Assembly (NCBI GenBank): GCA_964410645.1
Contig: CAYPHV010000001.1
Span: 19,441-83,440 of the forward strand
Direction of reading: 5' to 3'
DNA length: 64,000 bases
Source: an uncultured Nautiliales bacterium
Lineage (GTDB): Bacteria > Campylobacterota > Campylobacteria > Campylobacterales > Nautiliaceae
Part shown: positions 31,737 to 40,786 of the stretch, one piece after another
Numbering within the stretch: position 1 is the stretch's first letter
Layout of the letters: every line of letters begins with the position of its first letter
Notes under the pieces: generated by a model
The model's database searches: none
What the model was told of the DNA's origin: nothing
What the model saw: only the letters and a program-made list of their open reading frames with translations
Translations under genes and position numbers: made by a program

Positions 31737-32752
31737 TTATTCCTTAAAAAATAAAATTTAGCAATACTTATAATAATAAAAGACATAACAAGCAGTATTA
31801 ACGCAAGATAAAATAAAGCTGACAAACTCATACCACTGCTTTCGGCAAATGAATTGGCAAGCACTACCGGAATGGAAACAGTAGGGTCTGTAATTTTGCT
31901 TGGAAAGGTAAACACCCCTCCGATTACAAATGCAACAGCCATTGTTTCGCCAAGAGCTCTTCCGAGAGCCAAAATAATACTTCCCAGAATACCGCTTTTT
32001 GCGTATGGAAAAATTACATCTTTAATCACTTCAAATTTGGTGGCCCCTATAGCATAAGCTGATTCTTTCAATACATCCGGGGTTGTATTCATACTGTCAC
32101 GGGTTAAAGAAGCCATAAATGGAATTATCATAACTCCAAGTACAAGCCCAGCCACCAACAAATTTACACTTGGCCCTCCGAAAATGTGGGAAACAAACGG
32201 TCCAAAATAAAAAAGACCCCACATACCGTAAATAATACTCGGTATTGCGGCAAGCAGTTCTATTGCCACCCCAACAGGCTTAGCCAAAATTGGAATTGCT
32301 ATTTCACTTAAAAATACAGCAATTCCCATAGCAATAGGCACAGCCACAATCATAGCTATAAAAGTAGATAAAACACTTCCTACAATTGGAATCAATCCTC
32401 CGTAAATTTCTTTTGTTTTGTAATTATGGGCATTTTCATCTCCATTATCTATTTCACTGTCCACATCATCTCCGCCAAGACCGAGCGCAGCGTCAACATT
32501 ATCGGAATCAGAAATATTTGTAGAAGTATCCTTATTATTGGACAATGAAGCCGGTACATTGGAATTATTTTTAACATTTCCGCTATTTGGTATTTTGACG
32601 TTTACCCCCCATCTCGGATCAATCAGAAAATGAAACCCGTATTCTTTAATTGCCGGCTTTGCATAAAAAAACAAAACAATAAAAATTGCCGAAAGAATTA
32701 TTAAAATAAATGTGGCACTTATTGAAGTCAATTTTCTGAAAAAAAATTCCAT
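31733..32752 (-). CDS. pstC: Phosphate ABC transporter permease PstC, with an acidic low-complexity loop insertion
   Basis: Permease core with LKESAYAIGATKFEV. The first periplasmic loop carries an N/D/S-rich insert of about 60 aa. Confidence 0.9.
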   Translation of the reverse strand: MEFFFRKLTSISATFILIILSAIFIVLFFYAKPAIKEYGFHFLIDPRWGVNVKIPNSGNVKNNSNVPASLSNNKDTSTNISDSDNVDAALGLGGDDVDSEIDNGDENAHNYKTKEIYGGLIPIVGSVLSTFIAMIVAVPIAMGIAVFLSEIAIPILAKPVGVAIELLAAIPSIIYGMWGLFYFGPFVSHIFGGPSVNLLVAGLVLGVMIIPFMASLTRDSMNTTPDVLKESAYAIGATKFEVIKDVIFPYAKSGILGSIILALGRALGETMAVAFVIGGVFTFPSKITDPTVSIPVVLANSFAESSGMSLSALFYLALILLVMSFIIISIAKFYFLRNK

Positions 32753-32806
32753 ATATGGCCTTTTTAAATAGAATTATAAAAAAATAAAAGGGGTTTAAAG
32801 TCCTTT

Positions 32807-33808
32807 TTATTTTTCAGGTGAAATTCCTTTATCTTCCCAATATTTTCTAACCAATGCTTTTACACTGCTTGGAAGCGGAATATATCCGAGTTTACTTGCA
32901 ACTTCATCATGGTCATATGCATAATTAAAAAATGCAGTAACTCTTTTTGCCGTTTTTGGAGCATCAAAATGTACCAAATCAAATGTAGGTGCTAAAATTG
33001 GATAACCTTTTTTAGGATAGGCAATTAATTTAAAGAAATCATTTCTAGGTGAAAATCCTCCGTATGCCGCACCTTTTGCAAAATTAGAAGGGGTTGCCGC
33101 ATAAAATGCACCGTCTTTTCCCTGAACTGTTGCTAAGTTTAATCCGTTTTTAACTGCATCGGCATAATCAACATAACCTATTGAATAAGGATTTGTTTTG
33201 ATAGCCGTACTTACACCGAAATTTCCTTTTCCGGCAACGCCTCTTCCCTGAGCGTCAGTCGGCCAGTTAATGGCTTTATGTACACCGTAATGATGAAACC
33301 ATGTTGAACTAAGTCTGCTTAAATAATATGTAAAATTAAAAGTTGTTCCTGATTTATCACTTCTGTGAACGAAAATTATTTTTTTATGGGGAAGCTGCTC
33401 ATTTGGATTATATTCCACAATCAACGGATTGTTCCAATATTGAATAGCTCCAACAGCAATGCCTTCGATAGCAACTTCACTTAATTTTAAACGATGAATA
33501 CCGGGAATATTATAAGAAAGTGTAATTCCTCCGATTACCGTAGGAAACTGCGCCAAATGATATTTTCTTAATATCCTTGGAGTCAAAGGTTTATCGGTAC
33601 CTCCAAAATCGACATGTCTTACTTCTATTTCTTTAATGCCTGTTCCACTTCCAGTAGCAGTATAATTAACCCTGTTTCCGCCGTTTTGATAAAAACCTTT
33701 TATCCATGTTTTATTTACCGGATACTGAAAAGACGAACCGGTACCATTTATTGTCCATGCAAATGCACTAATTGCCGCCAAGCTTAATCCTGCAACTACT
33801 TTTTTCAT
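32807..33808 (-). CDS. pstS: Phosphate-binding protein PstS
   Basis: Signal peptide MKKVVAGLSLAAISAFA followed by GTGSSFQYP...ATGSGTGI...SDKSGTT motifs. I place the start at CAT 33806-33808, preceded by AAGGAGAAAAAAATG. The track ORF's extra 19 codons are probably not translated. Confidence 0.9.
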   Translation of the reverse strand: MKKVVAGLSLAAISAFAWTINGTGSSFQYPVNKTWIKGFYQNGGNRVNYTATGSGTGIKEIEVRHVDFGGTDKPLTPRILRKYHLAQFPTVIGGITLSYNIPGIHRLKLSEVAIEGIAVGAIQYWNNPLIVEYNPNEQLPHKKIIFVHRSDKSGTTFNFTYYLSRLSSTWFHHYGVHKAINWPTDAQGRGVAGKGNFGVSTAIKTNPYSIGYVDYADAVKNGLNLATVQGKDGAFYAATPSNFAKGAAYGGFSPRNDFFKLIAYPKKGYPILAPTFDLVHFDAPKTAKRVTAFFNYAYDHDEVASKLGYIPLPSSVKALVRKYWEDKGISPEK

Positions 33809-33852
33809 TTTTTTCTCCTTTTTTTTATTTCGTGAAATTATAAAAAAACAAA

Positions 33853-33869
33853 ATAACATTTTCATAACA
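33853..33869 (-). promoter_or_regulatory. Candidate Pho box: TGTTAT-gaaaa-TGTTAT direct repeat with an 11-bp period
   Basis: On the pstS (minus) strand the two hexamers end 10 nt upstream of a TATAAT (33837-33842), taking the place of a -35. A third copy lies at 33879-33884, next to the phoU-like -10 (33890-33895). Confidence 0.45.
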
Positions 33870-33920
33870 AAAAAATTTATAACATATTATATAATAATAA
33901 AAAACAAAAAAGGATAAAAG

Positions 33921-34484
33921 ATGCTTTCAAAATTTGAAAAAGAATTAAGCAAACTGGAAAATAAACTTGACAAATCAATAGAAATTTTAGCTAAAACACT
34001 GAAAGAAAAAGAAATGAAGGATGATTTTTTTATGCTGGATCTCAAAGAATTCGATGAAGAAGTTATCAAATTTATAGCTCTTTTGCATCCTCAGGGAGAA
34101 TTTTTACGAGAATCCATCGCTCTGCTTAAAATAACCCCGTTTCTCAATAAAATTAAAAAATCAATCAAATATTTTATTAAAAAATATGATTTTAAAAACG
34201 AAAAAATAAACGCCCTTCACCAAAGCGCAGTTACATCCCTTGAAACATTAAAACTTGCAATAAAAGGCGACACGGTGGAAGACGCATATTCCGGTATCAT
34301 AACTCAGGAAAAAATAGCAGACGAAATATACAAAGAACTAATAAAAGAGATTAAAACAAAAGAAAATATGGAAGGGGTTTTTATTAAAACAATTAATGTG
34401 GCAAAAAGACTTGAAAGAATTACGGACTGCGTAAAAACAATTGCAAAATATTTATTATTCGCAAAAGAAGGAATGGAATTTTGA
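33921..34484 (+). CDS. Divergent PhoU-family protein
   Basis: All-helical 187-aa protein. The second half keeps a PhoU-like KRLERITDCVKTIAKY motif (compare ERIGD), and the first repeat is degenerate. It sits at the head of the two-component operon, divergent from pstS. Confidence 0.5.
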   Translation: MLSKFEKELSKLENKLDKSIEILAKTLKEKEMKDDFFMLDLKEFDEEVIKFIALLHPQGEFLRESIALLKITPFLNKIKKSIKYFIKKYDFKNEKINALHQSAVTSLETLKLAIKGDTVEDAYSGIITQEKIADEIYKELIKEIKTKENMEGVFIKTINVAKRLERITDCVKTIAKYLLFAKEGMEF

Positions 34485-35119
34485 TAAAAATTGTAATTAT
34501 CGAAGATGAAAAAGATTTATTGGAACTTCTTGAATTTACGCTTCAAAATGAAGGATACGATGCGGTAGGTTTTTTGAGCACAAAAAAAGTTAAAGACTTT
34601 ATTATAGAAGAAAATCCGGATCTTTTAATAGCAGACAGAAATTTACCAGGCATCGAAGGCGTTAATTTTATAAAAAGTTTAAAAAAAGAAGGGTTTAACA
34701 TTCCTGTTATTTTTTTAACGGCAAAAAACAGTGAAAAAAATATTTTGGAAGGTTTTGAAGCGGGAGCCGATGATTATATTACAAAACCTTTCAGCATTGA
34801 AATATTCAAAGCCAGAATCAAAACTGTTCTGAAGAGAAACAATATTTTAAGCGAATTTATAGCTTATAAAAATTATAAGCTCAATATAAAAAAAAGAAAA
34901 GTGGAAATAAACGACGAAAATATCAATTTAACAAAGAACGAAACAAAACTTCTCAAAATATTTTTTCAAAATCCCAAAAATATTGTAGATAGAAATGAAA
35001 TAGCCGATATTCTGGATATAAAAGAAACAAGTATAAACGTATATATAAACAGACTAAACCACAAAATAAATTTATTTCAAAACGTAAGGGGTTTAGGCTA
35101 TAAATTAAAGGAAAACTAA
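34481..35119 (+). CDS. OmpR/PhoB-family response regulator
   Basis: TTG start overlapping the upstream stop (TTGA). Receiver domain (IIEDEKD...LLIADRNLPG...LTAK) plus a winged-helix output (LTKNETKLL...VRGLGYKL). Confidence 0.9.
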   Translation: MIKIVIIEDEKDLLELLEFTLQNEGYDAVGFLSTKKVKDFIIEENPDLLIADRNLPGIEGVNFIKSLKKEGFNIPVIFLTAKNSEKNILEGFEAGADDYITKPFSIEIFKARIKTVLKRNNILSEFIAYKNYKLNIKKRKVEINDENINLTKNETKLLKIFFQNPKNIVDRNEIADILDIKETSINVYINRLNHKINLFQNVRGLGYKLKEN

Positions 35120-35123
35120 AAAA

Positions 35124-35891
35124 TTGCTAAAAAAATTATTCAGAAACAAAGAAAAAAACAAACAAACAAAAGAAATAGAAAAATTAAAAACAGAAATAAA
35201 CGAATTAAAACAAGAAAACAAAAAATTAAAAACACAAGGCCAGTTTAAAGAAGATTTGATATCGTCTATTTCCCATGAGTTTAAAAATCCGGTAACTATT
35301 ATAAACGGCTATATAGAAACCATATTAGCCTCCCCTATTGAGAAAAGTCTACAGGAAAAATTTCTAAAAAAAATACACAATAACACATTAAGGCTTTCCG
35401 GTTTAATTGATAGACTTTATTTTTTGCTTAAAATAGAAAATAACAAATATAAACTTCATATAGCATCGTTCAGACTGGACCTGGCGATAAAAGAAATTAG
35501 CGAAAATTTTGACGAAAAAAGATTGGTTTTTAACATAAAACCCATCAGCATAAATGCGGATAAATATTTGATTCAAACAGTTATATCAAATTTACTTTCA
35601 AATGCTTTTAAATATTCAAACGATAAAATAATTATTAATATGGATAATGAAAAAGTTGAAATAATAGACAAAGGAATAGGAATAGAACCAAAAAACATAA
35701 ATTTAATTAAACAAAAATTTTATCGTATAGCAAAAAACGACTGGGATAATTCTTTAGGGCTAGGGCTGTATTTAGTGGAAAAAATTTTAAAACTTCATCA
35801 CACAAAACTGGAAATTAAAAGCAAAAAACACAAAGGAAGTAACTTTTATTTTTATATTACTTCATTACAAAATAAGGAACACCCAGTATAA
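35124..35891 (+). CDS. Soluble sensor histidine kinase (coiled coil + HisKA + HATPase_c; no TM or PAS region seen)
   Basis: H-box SHEFKNPVTIINGY, N-box NLLSNAFKYS, G-boxes DKGIGI and GLGLYLV. The N-terminus is a K/E-rich coiled coil with no hydrophobic segment. Confidence 0.85.
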   Translation: MLKKLFRNKEKNKQTKEIEKLKTEINELKQENKKLKTQGQFKEDLISSISHEFKNPVTIINGYIETILASPIEKSLQEKFLKKIHNNTLRLSGLIDRLYFLLKIENNKYKLHIASFRLDLAIKEISENFDEKRLVFNIKPISINADKYLIQTVISNLLSNAFKYSNDKIIINMDNEKVEIIDKGIGIEPKNINLIKQKFYRIAKNDWDNSLGLGLYLVEKILKLHHTKLEIKSKKHKGSNFYFYITSLQNKEHPV

Positions 35892-35959
35892 TGGATAGCA
35901 ATACAAGAAACCCTATAAACATAAAAAATGTAAATCGCCAAAAATGAAACGGTTTATCT

Positions 35960-36238
35960 TTATGATTCATGGCATATATCTTTTGAATTGGCAAAACCGG
36001 TTTTAATAAATCCACTCTCTTCCGGGGTGCACAGAAAAATTTGATCATTCTTTTTAAGCACATTCAGCAAATCCACAATACAATCTATATTCATAGCTTT
36101 TATATTATATTTTCTTCTCAAATATGCAATAGATTCAATATCATTTACACAAAATACCGCATTTTTTATACTGCTTGCTTTATCTAATCTTTCAAATTTC
36201 TTATCATCTGCTGTATATACATATACATATTTTCTCAT
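35960..36238 (-). CDS. Hypothetical 92-aa protein immediately downstream of mnmG
   Basis: The ORF starts 1 nt after the mnmG stop and has an alpha/beta-like pattern (VYVYTADD...IFLCTPE). No recognisable family. Confidence 0.45.
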   Translation of the reverse strand: MRKYVYVYTADDKKFERLDKASSIKNAVFCVNDIESIAYLRRKYNIKAMNIDCIVDLLNVLKKNDQIFLCTPEESGFIKTGFANSKDICHES

Positions 36239-36239
36239 T

Positions 36240-38102
36240 TTAGCCTCTCTTCATTTTTATACACATTTGAATAATATCAATAGCAGCAGGAGTTACTCCG
36301 CTTATTTCACTGGCGGCAAAAAGCGTGTTCGGCCTAAATTTTTCAAATTTTTCCACTATCTCGCGTGAAAGCCCCGGAATTCCTTTATATTTAAAATCTT
36401 CCGGTATTCTGACGTTTAACATTTCTTTCATTTTATCTACCTGCGCTTTTTGCATTTCTATATAATTATAGTACCTTGATTCTATCAAAATCTGTCTAAG
36501 TGCCTCACTGCTTAAATTTTCAAGCTCCCCTGCGATAGCCAACAGTTTTTCTTTGTTAAACGTATTACGGGCCGCTATTTTTCTTATTTCCATTTTATTT
36601 TGTATTTTTTCCTCTTTTATGGAATCCAGTTTTTTATTGACTTCTTTACTTGGAGTAAGAAAAGTACCGTTTAAATATTTCATACCCTGATCAACTTCTT
36701 TTTGAAGCTTTTCTATTCTTTCATATGTTTCTTTATCTAAAAGACCCAGTTTATATCCCAAAGGTCCAAGTCTTAAAATTGCGTTGTCTTCTCTTAAAAG
36801 AAGTCTGTATTCGCTCCTACTCGTAAACATTCTATAAGGCTCGTTTGTCCCTTTTGTAACCAAATCATCTATTAAAACACCAATATACGCCTCATCTCTT
36901 CTAAAAATAACAGGTTCTTTCCCGTCTATTTTCAAGCTGGCGTTAATTCCGGCCATAACACCCTGGGCCGCCGCTTCTTCATAGCCTGTTGTCCCGTTTA
37001 TCTGACCTGCAAAATAAAGCCCTTCTATTTCTTTTGTTTCAAGAGAATGTTTCAAAGCGGTAGGCTGAATAAAATCATATTCTATTGCATATCCGAATCT
37101 GACTATTTTTGCATATTCAAGTCCGGAAATGGAATGTATAAAATCTTCCTGAACATCCATCGGAAGAGAAGTTGAAAGCCCGTTTAAATAATATTCCGTT
37201 GTTTCTCTTGTCTGAGGCTCTATAAATACATGATGTCTTTCTTTATCGGGAAATTTATTCAGTTTATCTTCGATACTAGGGCAATACCTGGGCCCAATAC
37301 CTTCAATTTGACCTGTAAAAAGAGGGGCTCTGTAAAAATTACTTCTTATAATGTTATGCGTAGTTTCGTTTGTATATGTTATAAAACACGGTATCTGCTT
37401 TGGATGAAAATTTTTTGTTCTAAATGAAAAAGGGTTTGGATTTTCATCACCGTTTTGCATTTCCATTTTAGAAAAATCAATGCTTCTTGCATCGACCCTG
37501 GCTGTTGTCCCTGTTTTTAGCCTTTCAAGTTTAAATCCCAAATTTTCAAGGGATTTTGAAATTTTTTTGGCAGGTAATTCGTGAAATCTGCCGCCTTCCA
37601 GTTTTACATGTCCAAAATGCATAATTCCCCTCATAAAAGTCCCAGTTGTTAATATTAAAGTTTTTGTTTCATAAATATTCGATAAATTGGTTTTAACTCC
37701 TGTGATTTTTCCATTTTTAACCAGAATTTCATCGGCAATTTCCTGGGCCATTTCCAAATTTGGTGTACTTAACATTTTCGTATGCATATAAATTCTGTAT
37801 CTGTCCATATCAATCTGGGCTCTGCTGCCTCTAACAGCCGGCCCCCTGTTTTCATTAAGCGTTCGAAACTGAAGTCCTGAAAAATCAGTAGCCAATCCCA
37901 TATCTCCGCCTAATGCATCAACTTCTCTTACCAAATGCCCTTTTGCTAGCCCTCCTATTGCCGGATTACAGCTTGGAGCTCCAACCTGTTCCACAAGCAT
38001 TGTAAGAAGAAGCGTTCTTTTACCCATTTTTGCCGCGGCACTTGCAGCTTCTATTCCCGCATGTCCTCCGCCTACAACTATACAATCAAATTTTCTCATC
38101 AA
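36240..38102 (-). CDS. mnmG: tRNA uridine 5-carboxymethylaminomethyl modification enzyme MnmG (GidA)
   Basis: FAD motif [12 protein letters not shown], and the [29 protein letters not shown] and SREIVEK blocks. Confidence 0.97.
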   Translation of the reverse strand: MMRKFDCIVVGGGHAGIEAASAAAKMGKRTLLLTMLVEQVGAPSCNPAIGGLAKGHLVREVDALGGDMGLATDFSGLQFRTLNENRGPAVRGSRAQIDMDRYRIYMHTKMLSTPNLEMAQEIADEILVKNGKITGVKTNLSNIYETKTLILTTGTFMRGIMHFGHVKLEGGRFHELPAKKISKSLENLGFKLERLKTGTTARVDARSIDFSKMEMQNGDENPNPFSFRTKNFHPKQIPCFITYTNETTHNIIRSNFYRAPLFTGQIEGIGPRYCPSIEDKLNKFPDKERHHVFIEPQTRETTEYYLNGLSTSLPMDVQEDFIHSISGLEYAKIVRFGYAIEYDFIQPTALKHSLETKEIEGLYFAGQINGTTGYEEAAAQGVMAGINASLKIDGKEPVIFRRDEAYIGVLIDDLVTKGTNEPYRMFTSRSEYRLLLREDNAILRLGPLGYKLGLLDKETYERIEKLQKEVDQGMKYLNGTFLTPSKEVNKKLDSIKEEKIQNKMEIRKIAARNTFNKEKLLAIAGELENLSSEALRQILIESRYYNYIEMQKAQVDKMKEMLNVRIPEDFKYKGIPGLSREIVEKFEKFRPNTLFAASEISGVTPAAIDIIQMCIKMKRG

Positions 38103-38826
38103 AATCCTTTAATTTTTCTGCATTTTCAATATACTGTTTAAAATGATCAAGTTTATCCGGATCTTTTTTTAAATATGTATCAAAATCTTTTTGGGTTTTG
38201 ACATTCACCATATTTTCGTCAAAAACATCAAGCAATATATTGGTATTTCCTATTAACAGTAAATATTTTCTTTTATTAAATTCTACCAACGCCACTTTAT
38301 TTTTGGTATCGATAGGTTTTTGAAATAATATAGCAATATTGCCTTTAACAGGCAGTTTCTTCAAAATCTTTTTTCTAAAAATATACAAAATAACAGCCAG
38401 AATTATTAAAATAAGCAAAGATATAAAATAAGTGAAATAATCCAGTCCACTTTGAGTATTGGCATAAACCAACTTTTCAGGCTTTTTTACCAAATTTGTT
38501 ATTCTGAATCTGAGTCCGTATCCATCAGGCGTCAAAGCTACGGAAGTTTTATATTTTTTTGCGTTTAATTTTATTAAAACAGAATTATTTGAAGGTGAAA
38601 TTGTAATTTTTTTTAAAAAAAAGCTGCCAAATTTTTTGGCATATTCTTTATCACTGTTTATACCTGTAATTAAAAACTGATTTTTACCGTTTTTAATTGC
38701 CTTGCCATTAAATTTACCATCCAGTGAAAAAAGAATATCAAGTTTATTTTTTTGCTGAAAAAAATTTATATTAATTAAATTTGCACCGGACAGCAAAACG
38801 GCTAAAAAAATAATAATATTTTTCAT
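38086..38826 (-). CDS. fliO: FliO-like flagellar export protein with a long N-terminal periplasmic (AMIN-like) extension
   Basis: Signal sequence, a beta-rich domain of about 120 aa, a single TM ([18 protein letters not shown]), then the FliO core [24 protein letters not shown]. It lies directly downstream of fliN. Confidence 0.65.
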   Translation of the reverse strand: MKNIIIFLAVLLSGANLININFFQQKNKLDILFSLDGKFNGKAIKNGKNQFLITGINSDKEYAKKFGSFFLKKITISPSNNSVLIKLNAKKYKTSVALTPDGYGLRFRITNLVKKPEKLVYANTQSGLDYFTYFISLLILIILAVILYIFRKKILKKLPVKGNIAILFQKPIDTKNKVALVEFNKRKYLLLIGNTNILLDVFDENMVNVKTQKDFDTYLKKDPDKLDHFKQYIENAEKLKDFDEKI

Positions 38827-39149
38827 TTTCCCTCTTTTGTAAGATAATAAATCAATGAATTTGCATCAAGTATTTCATTAAGTCTAATGGCAAGATTTTT
38901 TTCATAAACCATAACTTCGCCCTTACCTATAATTCTTCCGTTAACATAAACTTCCGCGCTTTCCCCGGCCGGTTTATGCAGGTCTATCACACTTCCCTTT
39001 TGCAAAGCCAATATATTTTTTAAAGTCATTTCAATTCTTCCAAGGTCACTTTCAAATACAACCTCCGTATCCAGCAAATCCTCATAATCCGGAATATACT
39101 TTTCAATTAATTCTTCCAGCTTTGTCAAATCTATTTTTTCTTCCATCAA
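38823..39149 (-). CDS. fliN: Flagellar motor switch protein FliN
   Basis: SpoA domain: LKNILALQKGSVIDLHKPAGESAEVYVNGRIIGKGEVMVYEKNLAIRLNEIL. Confidence 0.9.
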   Translation of the reverse strand: MMEEKIDLTKLEELIEKYIPDYEDLLDTEVVFESDLGRIEMTLKNILALQKGSVIDLHKPAGESAEVYVNGRIIGKGEVMVYEKNLAIRLNEILDANSLIYYLTKEGK

Positions 39150-39538
39150 TTTTCCTTATAAAGAATAGAAAAACATTCCCCCTCAATACTTAAATCGCTT
39201 CTTTTATCATAATCAACTTTTGAATCCGATAAAAATTCAGGTATAGAAATATTAAAATCAATATGCTTTTTACCTGCAATAACTTTTACATTTCCTACTA
39301 TTAAATTGGCTATTTCATTTGTTAAATCTGCCATATCGTATTCATCCTCGCCGAATAAAAGCATACTTATCGTATCCAAAGTTCCTTTTGGAATCAATAA
39401 AGAAATAAGATAATTAATATCACCTTCTATTTTTATGCTGCTTATATATCCGTTTAGCGGAGGTTTTTCACATTTTCCCACTGAAGCGTTTATTGCTCTG
39501 GCAAAATTCTCTACAGCCTCAATAAAAAAATTTTCCAT
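39146..39538 (-). CDS. CheX/CheC-like CheY-P phosphatase family protein (stand-alone)
   Basis: DLTNEIAN fits the D/S-x3-E-x2-N active-site motif and a Pro follows 21 residues later. The overall layout parallels Thermotoga CheX (LSAIGELGNMTAGK versus LTNEIANLIVGNVK). Confidence 0.65.
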   Translation of the reverse strand: MENFFIEAVENFARAINASVGKCEKPPLNGYISSIKIEGDINYLISLLIPKGTLDTISMLLFGEDEYDMADLTNEIANLIVGNVKVIAGKKHIDFNISIPEFLSDSKVDYDKRSDLSIEGECFSILYKEN

Positions 39539-39583
39539 TAATTCTCCTTAATTATTATATAATTTTACCAAAAAAGGAACAAT

Positions 39584-40315
39584 TTGATAACAGCAATATT
39601 AATAGGAATTATAGCAGGTTTTTTCAGTGGTTTTTTAGGGGTGGGAGGAGGAACGATACTTGTGCCAAGCCTGCTGTTTTTAGGATTCGGAATAAAAGAG
39701 GCTATTGGTATAAGCGTAACCCAAATGATGATGAGCTCGATATTCGGAAGCTATTTAAATTTTAAAAAAGGACTGTTAAAAATAAAACATGGATTTGCCC
39801 TGGCTATGGGAGGGATGCTCGGGGCAAGCCTAAGCGGTTTTATTGTAAAAATCGCACCAAAAGAAGTATTAGGAGCTGTTTTCTTACTACTGGTATTAAT
39901 TGCTATTATCAGATTTTTCATTACAGTAAAAGAACCCGAAACGGAACCTCCCGTTGAAAACAAAAAACTTTTTTTTATAGGATTTTTTGTAGGCGCAATT
40001 GCTATAAGCGTCGGTGTCGGAGGCGCTATTTTAATTACCCCGATATTAGTCGGTTTTTTGAAATATAAATTAAAAAGAACAGTAAGTCTCAGTCTGTTCT
40101 TCGTTGTTTTTTCCGCTACCAGCGGTTTTATTTCTCAAAGTATAGCGGGACATATTAATTATACGGATGGCTTTACCATCGGCACCGCAAGTTTAATAGG
40201 AGTATATTTCGGAATAAATTTATATCACAGAATAAATACCAATATACATAAAAAAATACTTTTAAGCTGGTATATTTTTATATTCTTTGCTATGATATAT
40301 AAATTATACTTTTAA
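39584..40315 (+). CDS. TSUP (TauE/SafE, DUF81) family anion permease, copy 1
   Basis: TTG start. Internally duplicated 4+4 TM protein with GxGGG motifs (GFLGVGGGTILVP and SVGVGGAILITP). Confidence 0.85.
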   Translation: MITAILIGIIAGFFSGFLGVGGGTILVPSLLFLGFGIKEAIGISVTQMMMSSIFGSYLNFKKGLLKIKHGFALAMGGMLGASLSGFIVKIAPKEVLGAVFLLLVLIAIIRFFITVKEPETEPPVENKKLFFIGFFVGAIAISVGVGGAILITPILVGFLKYKLKRTVSLSLFFVVFSATSGFISQSIAGHINYTDGFTIGTASLIGVYFGINLYHRINTNIHKKILLSWYIFIFFAMIYKLYF

Positions 40316-40323
40316 GGAATTTT

Positions 40324-40776
40324 ATGAATACAAAATTAATAATAGAAATTTTGATAGTATTAATAATCGGATATAGAATATATATTTTGGAAAGATTCGG
40401 TGTAAACTCGGCAGCCGATAAACTTTTTGCATTATATTATATTAAAAATCATTATTACACAACAGGAATAATCATAATTTTTTATATATTTGAAATTGCA
40501 GGAATGGAATTATTAATAAGTAAAGTCGATATTCCTTTAATCTTTATCGGAATGATTGAACTTTTTATGGTTTACAGACATATTTTTATTTCCTTAAAAA
40601 CAGATGATAAAAACAATTATTTGGATACTGTTATAAAAAGAATGTTCAGAACGCTTACTTATGATGAATATATTCAAATAAAAGAAGAGCTGTACAAACC
40701 TCAGCCAAAATGGAAATTATATTTTACTGAAATACTTGTATTTTTTTTCGCCATCTGGTCTATAGAAATAGCTTAA
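40324..40776 (+). CDS. Hypothetical integral membrane protein, 150 aa
   Basis: About 4 hydrophobic segments, no recognisable motif, tightly packed between the TSUP gene and uvrA. Confidence 0.5.
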   Translation: MNTKLIIEILIVLIIGYRIYILERFGVNSAADKLFALYYIKNHYYTTGIIIIFYIFEIAGMELLISKVDIPLIFIGMIELFMVYRHIFISLKTDDKNNYLDTVIKRMFRTLTYDEYIQIKEELYKPQPKWKLYFTEILVFFFAIWSIEIA

Positions 40777-40786
40777 AGGAGAATAC

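Noticed and set aside
32781-32808. A possible attenuator hairpin, AAAGG-N10-CCTTT, between pstS and pstC.
   Set aside because: It has only 5 bp with a 10-nt loop and overlaps the pstS stop codon. That is too weak to call from sequence alone.
33827-33838. ATTTCGTGAAAT, which resembles the centre of a parS site (GTTTCACGTGAAAC) and also forms a small inverted repeat in the pstS leader.
   Set aside because: It is two bases short of the parS core and lacks the flanking TGTT/AACA. It is more likely an incidental part of the pstS 5' leader.
39539-39583. A 45-bp divergent spacer with the palindromic ATTATATAAT, which could serve as face-to-face -10 elements for the CheX-like and TSUP genes. I also scanned it for a sigma54 (TGGCAC-N5-TTGC) or sigma28 flagellar promoter.
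   Set aside because: No GG-N10-GC or sigma28-type match is present. TATAAT-like strings are ubiquitous in this AT-rich DNA, so I make no promoter call.
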